From contig CBDCXR010000004.1 in the NCBI GenBank assembly GCA_965223845.1, positions 6,240,001 through 6,304,000 of the forward strand: a stretch of 64,000 nt of DNA. The letters are read 5' to 3'. Origin of the DNA: Planctomycetota bacterium (lineage in GTDB: Bacteria; Planctomycetota; UBA8108; SXIK01). This document shows positions 53,101-63,073 of the stretch, one piece after another (position 1 is the first letter of the stretch; each line of letters starts with the position of its first letter). A program made the translations under genes and the position numbers. The notes under the pieces were generated by a model. The model had not been told where the DNA came from. It did no database searches and saw nothing but the letters and a program-made list of their open reading frames with translations.

Positions 53101-56100
53101 ACGGAGTATGACGGCGCCGGAAGAGCGACGCGGAAGTCCGTCGGCTACGACACGGATGAATCCTCGTACGCGGACGCTCTGACGATCTCCGGCGACACCG
53201 TAGTGACGGAGACTCGCACCGAGTACGACGACGGGGGCACGCCGGTTCTCATCGGCACCTACGAACGCAACCACGACGGCACGGGTACCGGCGCGCTCAC
53301 GGTCGGATCAAGTGGAAACGGACGCGCCCAGTACACCGGCATTTGGTACGATGAGCTGCATCGCCGAGTAGCTACGATCAACTACGGTACAAACGGCGGC
53401 ACGGATCTCACGACCCGTCCGAGTGGTGTCCCCTCTTCGTCGAGCACGAAGCTCCTCACCGAGTGGGCGTACACGATCAAGAGCCAGGCCGAGACGATGA
53501 CCGACCCCGCGGGCATCGATCAGCGCACCGAGTACAAGGACTGGGGTGCTGTCCACAAGACGATCGACAATTACGTCGACGGCACGCCCGGGACGGACAA
53601 CGACCGCACGGTCGAGCGCACCTACAACGCCGACGGGCAGCTTCACAAGATCACGCTGAAGGCTCCGGCCGGTAGCTCGGATCAAGTGACCGAGTACGTC
53701 TACGGCGTTGTCATCGGCTCGACTCCCGACTCGCGGCTCGCGTCAAATGATCTCGTGAAGACGGTGAAGCACCCGGCTGGCGTGGGTGATACCGACGAGA
53801 CGGACTATGCGTACAACGCGCTGGGCGATGTGATCTGGACGGAGGATCAGAACGGGACTGAGCACGCGTACCGCTACGACGGACGCGGGCGTATGGCGCA
53901 CGACATCGCGCAGGCGCTGGGTACTGGAATCGACGGAGCTGTCCGGCGCGTAGCGATCGTTTACGATAGGCTCGACCGGCGGACGGACATCACGACGTAC
54001 GATAGCCATCTCGTTGGATTCGGAAACGTTGTCAACGAGGTCGAGTTCGAGTACGGGAAGTTCGGCGTCGTGGAGGAGATCTTCCAGGAGTGGGACGGGG
54101 CGGTCGGCGGGACTTCTGAGTCGGTCGACTACGCTTACAGTTTCCCTACTGACGGGACGACCGGGCTTCGCCGGACTTCGTTCACTTACCCCGGGGGGAC
54201 AGTCGTCACTGAGGTGTACGATTCCGGCACGGACGATACGATCAGCCGATTGAGCGGGCGGAAGCAGGGGACGAGCTGGATCTTTCAGGACGAGCATCTC
54301 GGGATGGGACGACTCGTCGAGCGGGAGTACGGAACCTCGGACGTGATCTGGACTTTGGTCGGTACGGATTCCGACAACAATGACGACTATCTCGGGCTCG
54401 ATCGGTTCGGGCGGATCGACGACCTACAGGTCAAGGATACTTCCACGAATCCGGACACGCTGATCAATCACTACGAGTTTGAGCACAATGCGCTGGGGCA
54501 GGTGACTCTTCGCGAGGATAAGGTTGGAAACGTAAGTGGGTACTACAGCTTCAATGAGGCGTTCGAGTACGACTCGCTCGGTCGTCTCACCGATCACGAT
54601 CGCGGTCGTTACAACGGGTCGTCGATCTACGACTACACGCGAACCGAGTGCTGGACGCTCAGTCACGCGGGAAACTGGGATCTTTACGAGGACGGAACGC
54701 ACTTGACGAACGTGTGTCCCGATAGTGTGGATCCCGCGCCCGACGTCTCGAACGAGTATCCGACGATCGACAGCACGAATCAGATCTACGATGCGGATGG
54801 CTCGCTTACCCAGCGCGATTTTGGCGACGTCAAGAACTTTACGTATGACGCCTGGGGAAGACTTGTCGAAGTTGAGGATGCGACGGGTACTCCTGTGGTG
54901 ATCGCGACGTATGAGTACAACGGACTTGGTCAGAAGGTGAGACGGACGGACGCGCCCTCCCTTCCGGATACGAAGTACTACTATTCCCTCGAGAGTCAGG
55001 TGATCGAGGAGGTGGATGATTCTGACGACTCTCTGATTGCCTGGACGGTTTGGGGGGCGCAATACGTCGACGACATCGTCATGCGGGGGACGGATACGGG
55101 GACGAGCTACTGGGAGTTTCAGGCGTCGGATCAGAACTTCAATGTAATTACGCGGTTCAGTAACAGCGCGTACGTGTCCAATCGGCATACCTACGACTCC
55201 TACGGCGGACCGCAGGCACTGTATGGAGATTGGAGCTCGGCTTCGCTAAGCGCGGATCGGCACTTGTTCACGGGACGTCAGTATCATACGGACACGGGCC
55301 AGTACGATTACCGGGCGCGGTGGCAGGATCCGGAGCTTGGGCGGTTTTTGAATCGGGATCCGATTGGGAATTGGGGGGACGCGGTCAATGCCGGAAATGG
55401 TTATGGGTATGTGGGCGCGGATCCGGTTGGGGGGTTGGATCCCTTCGGAAAGAACAGTTCCAATATTCCGGGGATGGTTGCGGATGGCTTAGGTCGATTC
55501 GTTTGTTGGGCTTTGTGCAATGGATTAGTCGGAAACGACTGGGAAATGTACGACTGGCCGGAAGGCGCGGCAAATGAGAAGCCGACGATGTGGGGGGCGA
55601 CCGGGCCTAATTCTGCCTACGTTTCGAACCAACTGCAGTGGCGTGTGACAGATCCTACGATTACTGTCCCATGTGGTGGAAAGCAGAGCCGCAAGATTAC
55701 ATGGTCTACTCGAGTTACTTCGAGCTCTGGCTTTAGTTGGAGCATCGGAGTCAAGGGCGCCAAAGGAGGGGACGCCGGAAAGGTCGAAGTGGGGGGTGGA
55801 ATAGGCGGTTCGAGCGGCTCGAGTCACGATTCGGGGACCACCATCAGCGAAGAACACGGCTGGGAAAGCAACGGATTTAAGATGATTATTTATCCGTTTC
55901 TTCTCATGGAGACAGCGAGACACGAGACAGGCGGAGACGTCTTAACTGTTCACTGGGACTATCGGGCCCGCATGTTGAGTTTTTGCATCTGTCGACGTCC
56001 CTGCAAGGCTGAATCGACGGCAGCCGTACTCGACCCCACCGAGAACTTTGCGAGCGGTGGACAAGGCTCTTTTGCAGACACTCCGAATGCGACGAATACT

Positions 56101-56118
56101 CTACCCGCGCAGAGGTGA
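50137..56118 (+). CDS. rhs: Rhs/YD-repeat polymorphic toxin with a Sec signal peptide
   Basis: Signal peptide (...PLSALA-QE), many YD repeats, core end FTGRQY...RWQDPELGRFLNRDPIG...DPVGGLDPFG, then a C-terminal tip of about 220 aa. Confidence 0.95.
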   Translation: MNSTRHYRWNFLFLVGLFAAPLSALAQEDDYEFMPLHAWRILGETGGDDLTTTLMEGFPGLDAEPSKDRWTEPVDGSGGFDNVAPRLGAQEGPGGLEWDPSPTYRTRYKNGTNYTNNGTTRMIGNNWFPKIPYVMDDSYQNQQWIVRFDANTYRVYDQDQSDSYTFWGRNGNAKSKLYVSGNWVYVYDIGGKTYTFNETGSTKRCTKIEGIGSAEITISYTSSAITVIQKSDSSTEVRKWTYTLTDHGSGKRVDKIEVAHKPSTSWVVYRTIEFTYHEQVTSAAGSSTGDLIGIEDTRDLSDSGEDYTRKWVFKYYTGTYNSTTNPGNPYQIAAVIEPGDVKAFDDDNPTLDIYTRTVSQLSGYLTREYEYNSDRRLRDLTLNDDCGCGSGSGAFAYSWAQNGSTPSDLNTWYRKVEIVLPNDARRIIDYNKYGQTLNSILQEDESNSSSRRWITTFRHDTTGRLTDSYSVAACDSYNSSTHVVTTNTTDGMRYQYTYDSDNALSTVKLRDPGNGNWNYQRKKAFTFKTSGSRRRYVKTSDKVYPTETTTDTGSNETTFAYTYHTDALAVKKRTTTLPTVTTAQNGPNSAVSLYAYLEDDGLQTWTKDGEGYVTYTGYDADLRVATTRVVDLDNSNRPTGVPAAPDTVFATTSGLNLVDEWEYDELARRTKHIAPAFDAYNGTSIVSYETTKRWYYSKLSGDELVLMEYPHVGSAYYHAAIDLTVLDHHGDVVTQAKGELASATRGTYLPNDFDETEATLEDGFNGDIVQRTEFEYTGGRQTKASVWSDADLSTADKHETISTYDSSGRLETTKTPAGTITRYSYDVLGRMKTRKVGTIDGGGSDNMTLVEELFYDDEEDTSTNVGDGFLTRRKLDTNHSTSDDRETDTTYDYRGRATDIYEPEDVKVERDYDNLGRVTEDRRYDDSGGSPTLLAKTKSYYDAWGQAYETRTYGIVSGSGTDYTNVETWRDKRGLEVKSLSQGKVFNKTEYDGAGRATRKSVGYDTDESSYADALTISGDTVVTETRTEYDDGGTPVLIGTYERNHDGTGTGALTVGSSGNGRAQYTGIWYDELHRRVATINYGTNGGTDLTTRPSGVPSSSSTKLLTEWAYTIKSQAETMTDPAGIDQRTEYKDWGAVHKTIDNYVDGTPGTDNDRTVERTYNADGQLHKITLKAPAGSSDQVTEYVYGVVIGSTPDSRLASNDLVKTVKHPAGVGDTDETDYAYNALGDVIWTEDQNGTEHAYRYDGRGRMAHDIAQALGTGIDGAVRRVAIVYDRLDRRTDITTYDSHLVGFGNVVNEVEFEYGKFGVVEEIFQEWDGAVGGTSESVDYAYSFPTDGTTGLRRTSFTYPGGTVVTEVYDSGTDDTISRLSGRKQGTSWIFQDEHLGMGRLVEREYGTSDVIWTLVGTDSDNNDDYLGLDRFGRIDDLQVKDTSTNPDTLINHYEFEHNALGQVTLREDKVGNVSGYYSFNEAFEYDSLGRLTDHDRGRYNGSSIYDYTRTECWTLSHAGNWDLYEDGTHLTNVCPDSVDPAPDVSNEYPTIDSTNQIYDADGSLTQRDFGDVKNFTYDAWGRLVEVEDATGTPVVIATYEYNGLGQKVRRTDAPSLPDTKYYYSLESQVIEEVDDSDDSLIAWTVWGAQYVDDIVMRGTDTGTSYWEFQASDQNFNVITRFSNSAYVSNRHTYDSYGGPQALYGDWSSASLSADRHLFTGRQYHTDTGQYDYRARWQDPELGRFLNRDPIGNWGDAVNAGNGYGYVGADPVGGLDPFGKNSSNIPGMVADGLGRFVCWALCNGLVGNDWEMYDWPEGAANEKPTMWGATGPNSAYVSNQLQWRVTDPTITVPCGGKQSRKITWSTRVTSSSGFSWSIGVKGAKGGDAGKVEVGGGIGGSSGSSHDSGTTISEEHGWESNGFKMIIYPFLLMETARHETGGDVLTVHWDYRARMLSFCICRRPCKAESTAAVLDPTENFASGGQGSFADTPNATNTLPAQR

Positions 56119-57473
56119 CGGCCGTGAAGCGAATTGTTATGTTTCGGAGCTATCGGGAGCAGCGCGCGATGCGAAACCGAGCGAAATGGACTGACCGACC
56201 AGGGGGTGGTGAACTGAAGTTCGGTCTCCTGAGGCGGACAACTTGGGCTACGCCGTTCTTCGTGGTTCTCGGAATGCAGGCCGTTTTCGGCGATGAGCGG
56301 CTTTACCAAGAGAACCCTGTGGTAGCTTGGGAGACCTCTTTGCAGATCGTTTCCCAGGATCTTGTGGCGATTGGTGAGGACGGATTCGCAGCGTGCGGGG
56401 TCGAGGCAAAGATCGAGAGTTCGGATCGCCGGCCAGCACTCGTCCGCTTAAAAGGGAATGGCGAGGTTTTGTGGCACAAGAACTACGATCGAGACGCAGG
56501 TTCCGATTGGCTATCGTTATGTGAAGCGCGTGACGGCGGATTAGTCGCAACCGGGGGAACAGGGCGCTCTCTATCCATCGACGACGAACTGATCGTTGTA
56601 CGGGTCAGTGGATCTGGATCCGTCGTTTGGAGCCGGCGCTTTCCCGGTGACGGCAGCAGTCGAGGCACAGACGTTATCGAGACCAAGAGCGGCGATTTTG
56701 TTGTCGCTGGCTATGCATGTGACCGCTCGGGTAATCCGGACGTCGTTCTTCTGCTTGTCGACAGAGTGGGCCGGCTGAGATGGCGAAAGACTTACGGAGG
56801 CGAGGGCGGAGAGGGATATCATGATGGCGGAACTCGTGTGGCGCGAGTCGGCGACGGAGGATACATTGTTGTCGGTACATCCGATTCTCGTTCATTGTGT
56901 CCCGTCGGTGTCGGTCAAGCGATTTACGTAGTACGTACCGATGGACTTGGAAATCGAATATGGGAGCGTACGTATGGGCGAGAAATGGGTGTCGTATTCG
57001 AAGGTTCCAATGTCTTGATAGGTCCGACGGGTGGGGTCATAGTCGCTGGGACGCGGGTTAACGACAATCCGGGACTCGTTTTGTTGCGCCTCGGTCAGGC
57101 TGGTGATCAGAGATCGAACTGGGTTTTCGGTCTTTCGAACCCGCAGGGTCCGGTTGGGATCGACCGGACTCACGATGGCGGCTTCATACTCGGCAACCGC
57201 GACTTAGGCTCGTTTAGATCCGACGCGTACCTGGTGAGAACGAGTGCGAAGGGAGAGAAACAGTGGGATCTGAGAATGGGCGAACGAGGCTATGTGCGCG
57301 TCTTGTCGGTGGTTTCGACGAGGGACGATGGTTGCGTGGCGCTCTGCGTTCGCGCAGATGGGGGCGGATTCGCCGTTAGGTTACGCGTCCGGAGCCCAAA
57401 GTCCCCCAATTCCCGGAACCCGCAAAGGAGCCCCGAACCCGGTTCTCCGAGTCCCGGAACCCGGTGCCCGTGA
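56115..57473 (+). CDS. Exported beta-propeller repeat protein; candidate immunity protein
   Basis: Overlaps the rhs stop (GTGA); repeats G..LW.K.Y / DGG(F/Y)I; lower GC, like the Rhs tip. The immunity role rests on position only. Confidence 0.7.
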   Translation: MTAVKRIVMFRSYREQRAMRNRAKWTDRPGGGELKFGLLRRTTWATPFFVVLGMQAVFGDERLYQENPVVAWETSLQIVSQDLVAIGEDGFAACGVEAKIESSDRRPALVRLKGNGEVLWHKNYDRDAGSDWLSLCEARDGGLVATGGTGRSLSIDDELIVVRVSGSGSVVWSRRFPGDGSSRGTDVIETKSGDFVVAGYACDRSGNPDVVLLLVDRVGRLRWRKTYGGEGGEGYHDGGTRVARVGDGGYIVVGTSDSRSLCPVGVGQAIYVVRTDGLGNRIWERTYGREMGVVFEGSNVLIGPTGGVIVAGTRVNDNPGLVLLRLGQAGDQRSNWVFGLSNPQGPVGIDRTHDGGFILGNRDLGSFRSDAYLVRTSAKGEKQWDLRMGERGYVRVLSVVSTRDDGCVALCVRADGGGFAVRLRVRSPKSPNSRNPQRSPEPGSPSPGTRCP

Positions 57474-57700
57474 GGACTAACCGGGTTCATTTGGAAATGC
57501 GTACGCATAAATAGTTATCTTGGCAAGGGCGAGACGCTCCTCCGTCGCCTCAATTGCGCCCGAGCACGACCGAATCAACACAAGTTCACAGCGGACGCCA
57601 AGTTCTCAATCGAGAACCGACTTGCTGAAGCGAGTCCTTCCCCACCCAGCCGCCGGATCTTGGCGCACTCGGAGGCCCGAACGAGCTTGTTCGGTGGCCG

Positions 57701-57880
57701 CTACGGAGCGGCTGGAACCGCCCCTGAGAGCATCGGCTCACACTTCTGCCGGTGAAACGCCCGCATCCAGTACGTCCCGGCGGGGAAGACGACGTTCTCG
57801 ACACCGGCGCGATACAGCTCGAGTGCCGCTCGATAGCAGTCGCGGAACGTGACCAGCTCCTCGCGCAGCCCCCGAGCCCG
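57701..57880 (-). pseudogene. C-terminal remnant of a second Y1/RAYT transposase
   Basis: LREELVTFRDCYRAALELYRAGVENVVFPAGTYWMRAFHRQKCEPMLSGAVPAAP aligns with the C-terminus of the 58116-59030 protein. Confidence 0.9.
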
Positions 57881-58115
57881 GCTCACACCCGCGCATACCG
57901 GGTTCATCTAAAAGTAGGTAATTAAAAAGGATTATTGATGGGCGAGCTCGTCCGTCAAAGCGACGTGACTCTGCGTTCCGATTCTTTCGGAATCAACACG
58001 AATCGTCGTCACGAGCCAAGGTCTCAAGCGCAACGGGCGATCCGATCGCAGTCCTTCTCCGCCGAACGGCCAGATGTTGGCGCGCCTAAGGCCGAGACGA
58101 ACTAGATCGCCCGGG

Positions 58116-59030
58116 CTACGGCGCCGCCGGAACCGCTCCCGAGAAGAGCGGCTCGCACTTCTGACGGAGGAAGACGCGCATCCAGTACGTTCCGGCCGGG
58201 AAGACGGCGTCGCTCACGCCGTCGCGGTACTGCTCGAGCGCCGCTCGGTAGCGCTTTCGGAACGCGATGAGTTCGCGAATCTCTCTTAGTCGGGGGCCGG
58301 GTCGCTTCGCCTGGATGGTTGGCGATAGCCTCCACTTCTTCTCGTAGCTCCAAGGCGAGTCCGTTGGACTTTGGTTTCGGACGCGCTTCGCGCCGAGGAA
58401 GCCCGGACCTTCTCGCTCGACTTCGGCTCGGCATGCAGCTTCGCGTACTGCGACCTCTTCTTCGAGCTCGGCCTTGAATTTTGCGAGGTCGCGATGGGCG
58501 AAGCAGGGAGGAGGGGCGATCTCGAGCGGGACCTCGTCCGGCATGAACTCCGAGAAGAACCAATCGGGCTTCTTTGCATAGAGCGTCGTACGGAGGTCGC
58601 TCGGTGCGCTGCGCACTCCGGGCCACTCCTTCGCGTCGGGAACGAGCCCCGACGACACCGGATTGCAGATCGTGTAGATGAGCTGCCGGCGCACGTCGTT
58701 CGGCTCGATCGCCCGTACACAACTCGGCTTCGACGAGTCGAAGAGGTTGTCAAAGCGGCCCCGCATCGCATTCAGACACCGGGCGAGGAGCGAATTGAGG
58801 CGGTGGAGAAACCGCGGGAGGTGGCCCGCCGGATCGGTGACGAGAAGGTGGTAGTGATTGGAGAGCGCTACGAATCCGTGAACCTCGACGCCCGTCTCCG
58901 CCGCTGCGTAGGCGAGGCAGTAGAGCACGGCTCGATTGACCCTTTCCTCCGGGCGGAGGAGAAACTGCCGCTGAACGCAGCGCCGCGTGACGAGATAGGT
59001 GGCGCCGGGAAGAACCCGTCTCGGCTGCAT
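58116..59030 (-). mobile_element. REP-associated tyrosine transposase (RAYT/Y1 HUH family)
   Basis: YLVTRRCVQRQFLL, HUH motif NHYH and YTICNPVSSGLV...W; SD GAGGAG upstream. Confidence 0.9.
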
Positions 59031-59640
59031 CGTCGCCGACTCCTCGATTTGGCGAGATGGCGACGGATCCTAACGGCGGATCGGGCACCCATAGCATGAG
59101 GCGTGCGGCTGCGTTAGCAAACGACTCGGGGCTTCGAGTTCGCGTTTCGATCGTTCCGGAGAGCCGCGAGGAGCGCAGGGCGGCGTCGGTCGTTCGCCCG
59201 AAGAGCCGACCCGCCGGCCGAGCGACGAACGAGTCCGATGCCTCTGCTTGTCCACATCGCCAGCGAGTCCGCTGGCACGGGATCAGGAACGTGGGAATCG
59301 ATCCCTCCCGCGCTCATCGGGCCTTCGGACGCTCATCCGGCAGCTCGTTCGTGACGCGCAAATCCAGAAGTTCGGCGCGAACGAGCCACCACAGTTCACC
59401 GGTGGGATTCCTGCGCGCGGCGTGTAGCGCCGGGCTTGAAGCGCGTCGGTACGATCACGACGCGTGGCGCCGTCCTACCCACCCGCTCCGAGCGCACATC
59501 GCTCCTGGATCGAGTTGCAAGGGCGTGAACCATGAGCCGATAGTGACCTAGTATCATCTCGTCATGGTCGCCTGCTGACCGGGGGGACGACATTCGAGAC
59601 CCCTTCACCGAGTTCACCCTATCTGCAAGTGGTCACGGGT

Positions 59641-59904
59641 ATGCGTTTCAGCGAGTTCCTTTGCGCCGTACTGATTTGGGCTGCGGTCCTGTTGGGGATT
59701 ACGCTTTCTTGGGGATTCTTCGTCGTGGGTTTTTCGTGGCGGCTTGTGTTCGCAGAACTGACCCTGCTTCTTGGGGCGGTCGCGTTGACCGTGGCGATCC
59801 GTCGCCGGAGAGCGCGCGAAGCTTCAGAAGAGGAGGTCGAGCGGATACTGCAAGAATCCGCATCGGACCAGTCGACCGAAGACCGATCGGGAGACTGCCG
59901 CTGA
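59641..59904 (+). CDS. Small two-TM membrane protein
   Basis: Two hydrophobic stretches and a charged tail. Confidence 0.6.
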   Translation: MRFSEFLCAVLIWAAVLLGITLSWGFFVVGFSWRLVFAELTLLLGAVALTVAIRRRRAREASEEEVERILQESASDQSTEDRSGDCR

Positions 59905-59961
59905 CCGCGACCCTCCTGCACCCGATCCGGGAGCCCTCCCCGCGGCGCGCTCTCCGCGCCC

Positions 59962-61491
59962 TCAGAACTCCCAGCCGAGCGGTTTCGCCTCGTCCCCGTC
60001 TTCGCCCTCCGGGTCGCTCGCGAGCGGCGAAAACTCCAGCCGTCGACCCGCTCGGTCGTAGGCGATAGCCTTTTTCGTATAGGGATCGACGGGAACGGCC
60101 GGCAGCAGCTTCGCGCGAACGAGCTCCTCGAGCGTCGCCGGCAAGTTCGCTTCGCGCAGCTCGTAGCGTCGAAGTGCGATCATGACGCGCGTCGCCATCG
60201 CACCGAGGCGAGCCGAGCGCAGGTAGCCCGGGTACGCCACGATGTCCCCGAGCGGCATCACGTCGAGCGCGACGAGCTTCCCGAGCGGATTCGTTACACG
60301 TTCCATCGCCCTCTTCGCCGCTTCGAGAGCTCGATCCGTTACATCGATCTTCTCTTCAGTGTCGCCGACCGCATGCCAGATGAGGCTCTCGATGCGGAGA
60401 GCGCTCGGCCACGCGCCCAGCTCGGCCTCGAGCGCGGTCGTCGTCGGTCCGGCTTTCCTGCCGTCGACGAGAATCGCGATGATCTCTCGGTAGCGATCGA
60501 GCGCGAGGCGAAGCGTCGCCGCCGAATCGAACGGAGCGCCGTGCCCGTCGAGGATGTGCGCGAGCTTCGTACGGATCTCATCGCGGAGCGGGCCCTCGAG
60601 CAGATTCGCGGGAAAGAACATGCGGAGCACCCCCGCGATCGGATCGGCCGGCGAGATCGCTCGGAGCGGCGGCACGACGTAGCGCCCGAACTCACTCTGG
60701 AGGGCAGCGCGAAAGCCCTCTGGATCGGGTCCTTCGACCGCGATCGAGCGAAGCTCCTCTTCGGTGAGCCTTCCCGCGGCGACGATTCGCCGCAGCGCGG
60801 CCGTGCATTCACTCCGAAGCGAGATCGACATCATGAAGAGCACGAGGGGGCCGTCTCGCGACCCGAGTCGGCGCGCGATCGCCTGGGCCGCCCGCACTTC
60901 CGCGAGCGCGCGAGCGTCGTGCTTTCGGCGAAGTGCGGACATTGCACGCGCGAGCCGATGCTGCGCGGCGAGGCGCGGCACGGAAGTCGGGTCGCCGGCG
61001 AAGAGTTCCGCGGACGGCACGACGAGCCGCGGCCGCTCGGCACCCCGCTGGATCTTTTCGAGGAGCTCGCCGCGCGCTTCGAGCCACGCGTCGAGCTTCG
61101 GCCAGGTCTCGTCGTCGATCGACGCGACGTACTCTCCGAACGACGGATCGCTCGGCGCCGAAAGAAAATCGTGCGCTTCCGCGATCGCCTCCTCTTCGAA
61201 GAAGTCCGCGACGAGTGCACTCGGATCGATATTTCTCCAGAGGGCGTACGCGTTCTCCTCGTCGGGGGCGGGCTGAACCTTCGCCCGAAACTCTTCGGGG
61301 ACGATCGCCTCCCAGTCGAGCGGCTGAACCTCGCGATCGCCGCTGCGCGGCGGCTCTTCCGCGACTAGGGAAAGGGTCAGCATCCCGGCGCAGAGCGACA
61401 CCGCGAACGCGCGCCGGCAACCCGTCGCACGCCGACATCGAGAAGTGGCAGTGCCGAAACGATCCGGCGATCGATAGCTCGTGTTCTTCAT
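59962..61491 (-). CDS. Hypothetical exported helical protein with a GspG-like C-terminal motif
   Basis: Signal-like segment; C-terminus ALRRY...LPATLEELV...LPAVPVDPY...IAY. Confidence 0.7.
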   Translation of the reverse strand: MKNTSYRSPDRFGTATSRCRRATGCRRAFAVSLCAGMLTLSLVAEEPPRSGDREVQPLDWEAIVPEEFRAKVQPAPDEENAYALWRNIDPSALVADFFEEEAIAEAHDFLSAPSDPSFGEYVASIDDETWPKLDAWLEARGELLEKIQRGAERPRLVVPSAELFAGDPTSVPRLAAQHRLARAMSALRRKHDARALAEVRAAQAIARRLGSRDGPLVLFMMSISLRSECTAALRRIVAAGRLTEEELRSIAVEGPDPEGFRAALQSEFGRYVVPPLRAISPADPIAGVLRMFFPANLLEGPLRDEIRTKLAHILDGHGAPFDSAATLRLALDRYREIIAILVDGRKAGPTTTALEAELGAWPSALRIESLIWHAVGDTEEKIDVTDRALEAAKRAMERVTNPLGKLVALDVMPLGDIVAYPGYLRSARLGAMATRVMIALRRYELREANLPATLEELVRAKLLPAVPVDPYTKKAIAYDRAGRRLEFSPLASDPEGEDGDEAKPLGWEF

Positions 61492-61492
61492 C

Positions 61493-62578
61493 TCACTTTG
61501 GGATCGAGCTCACGCGCACGTGCCCGCGAGGCAGCGTGTGATGGAGAGCCGGCTGTGCGGTCACCCAGTGAACGAGGCGGTCGCGCGTGCGCGCGGCCTG
61601 GACCGAATCTACGGTGAGGTAACGATGCTGCCCCGTTGGATCGATGCGATGGTGCGTGAGGTCCTCGTCGTCGATCGAGATCACGCCGCGTGCGGAAAGA
61701 TCAAAGTATCCTTCGTGGCCTTCGACCGCAACGAGGACACTCGTCAGGTCCCAGCACTCACGATCGTAAGGCATGGCGAGATAGCGCCGGTAGGCCTCCG
61801 GCAACGGGTGATGCTGATACGCGTGAAAATCCTGCTCGATGCTGCTCGCCGGATAGCGGATCGCGCGGCCGACTTCGTACCCGCTTGCGACAATCGGCGT
61901 CGGCCATTCGGCGTAGACTCGCCGCGCCGCCGGAGCATCCGTGTACACGTTGTATTCCTTGTCGCGCTCGGGTCCGTACCAGCCCGCCATGATCGAGAGG
62001 AGCCGCACTTTCTTCGCGACGAGCTCGCGCCCTGCGAGCGGCGAGCGCGAGTCGGGCTCGGACTCGAGCAGGCGCGCGAGATTGGTCGAGAACCCAACGA
62101 CGACGAATGTGACCGACCCGTCGGACTGAGCAGCGAGCGTCTCGCGCAGCAAGTCGACGGCTTGCGGCGTTTCGGTGGACGGCTCGAGGTCGCGCGGAAA
62201 CGTGCGCTCGCCGCCCCGCCCGAGCTCCGCGACCGCGCGCAGAAATCGTCCGTCGTCCGGTGTCTTCCCGCCGCGCACGGTCGCGACGGGGATGTCCGGC
62301 CGCCCGTAGAAGGTGTTCACGAGATCGACGAACGGCGCCGCCCAAGGATTGTCCTTCGAGATCGTCACCGCGAGCAGCCGGCAGAGCCCCGCGTCCGCCA
62401 TTGTGTGGAGCATCGCGAGTGCGAGGACGTCGTCGACATCGTTTCCGATGTCCGTGTCGAAGATGACCGCGACGGGAGGCTTCCCGGGGCGCGTTTCAAA
62501 CTGAACGCATCCCGCGATGCTGAGACTGAGCGGGAGGATGAGCGCAAGGCGCGAGCGGCAGCGACGCGTGACGATCAT
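61493..62578 (-). CDS. Nucleoside hydrolase (IU-NH family) lipoprotein
   Basis: FDTDIGNDVDD, IMAG, EYNVYTD and WD motifs; lipobox IAGC. Confidence 0.9.
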   Translation of the reverse strand: MIVTRRCRSRLALILPLSLSIAGCVQFETRPGKPPVAVIFDTDIGNDVDDVLALAMLHTMADAGLCRLLAVTISKDNPWAAPFVDLVNTFYGRPDIPVATVRGGKTPDDGRFLRAVAELGRGGERTFPRDLEPSTETPQAVDLLRETLAAQSDGSVTFVVVGFSTNLARLLESEPDSRSPLAGRELVAKKVRLLSIMAGWYGPERDKEYNVYTDAPAARRVYAEWPTPIVASGYEVGRAIRYPASSIEQDFHAYQHHPLPEAYRRYLAMPYDRECWDLTSVLVAVEGHEGYFDLSARGVISIDDEDLTHHRIDPTGQHRYLTVDSVQAARTRDRLVHWVTAQPALHHTLPRGHVRVSSIPK

Positions 62579-63073
62579 CGGCAGTTGGGAATCTCTTCTC
62601 TCGGCCGGCACCGCGGGCGGCCGCCGCGGTGTTTCGGCGATGATCGGGTCTCTTCGCCGAGTTCTCAAGCTCTGTCGGCGGCGAACTCGGAGCGGTTTCT
62701 CGGAACTCGAGGTCTCGCGGAACGCGCTTTGCGCCCAGGCGTCCTCGGAACGCGGCGCGTGGAGGCTGATTCCGCCGCTGACGACTCGATTCGAAGGCGC
62801 AGCCCATTCGAGGCGGCGAGCCGCCGCGCAGGCCGTCCGTGACGAATGTCAGGTTCCCGGACAGCGCCGCGGGAACCCCGGAACGAGGCTCTCTCCTCGC
62901 GGAAACGGGCCGGCCGGAGACGAAAGAATCGCGCTGGATTTTCGGGCATTGCTGGGCGGCGGACCCAACCTGATCCATACTGAATGAGATCGATAACAGT
63001 CAACGTATCGCGGGCAAAGCAAACGGTGGACGATCGAAGCACTCGAAGCGAGCGCGGTGCTCCCGGTGACGAT

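Noticed and set aside
63001-63060. c-di-GMP riboswitch suggested by GGCAAAGCAAAC
   Set aside because: The required paired stems and GNRA tetraloop/receptor arrangement are not evident.
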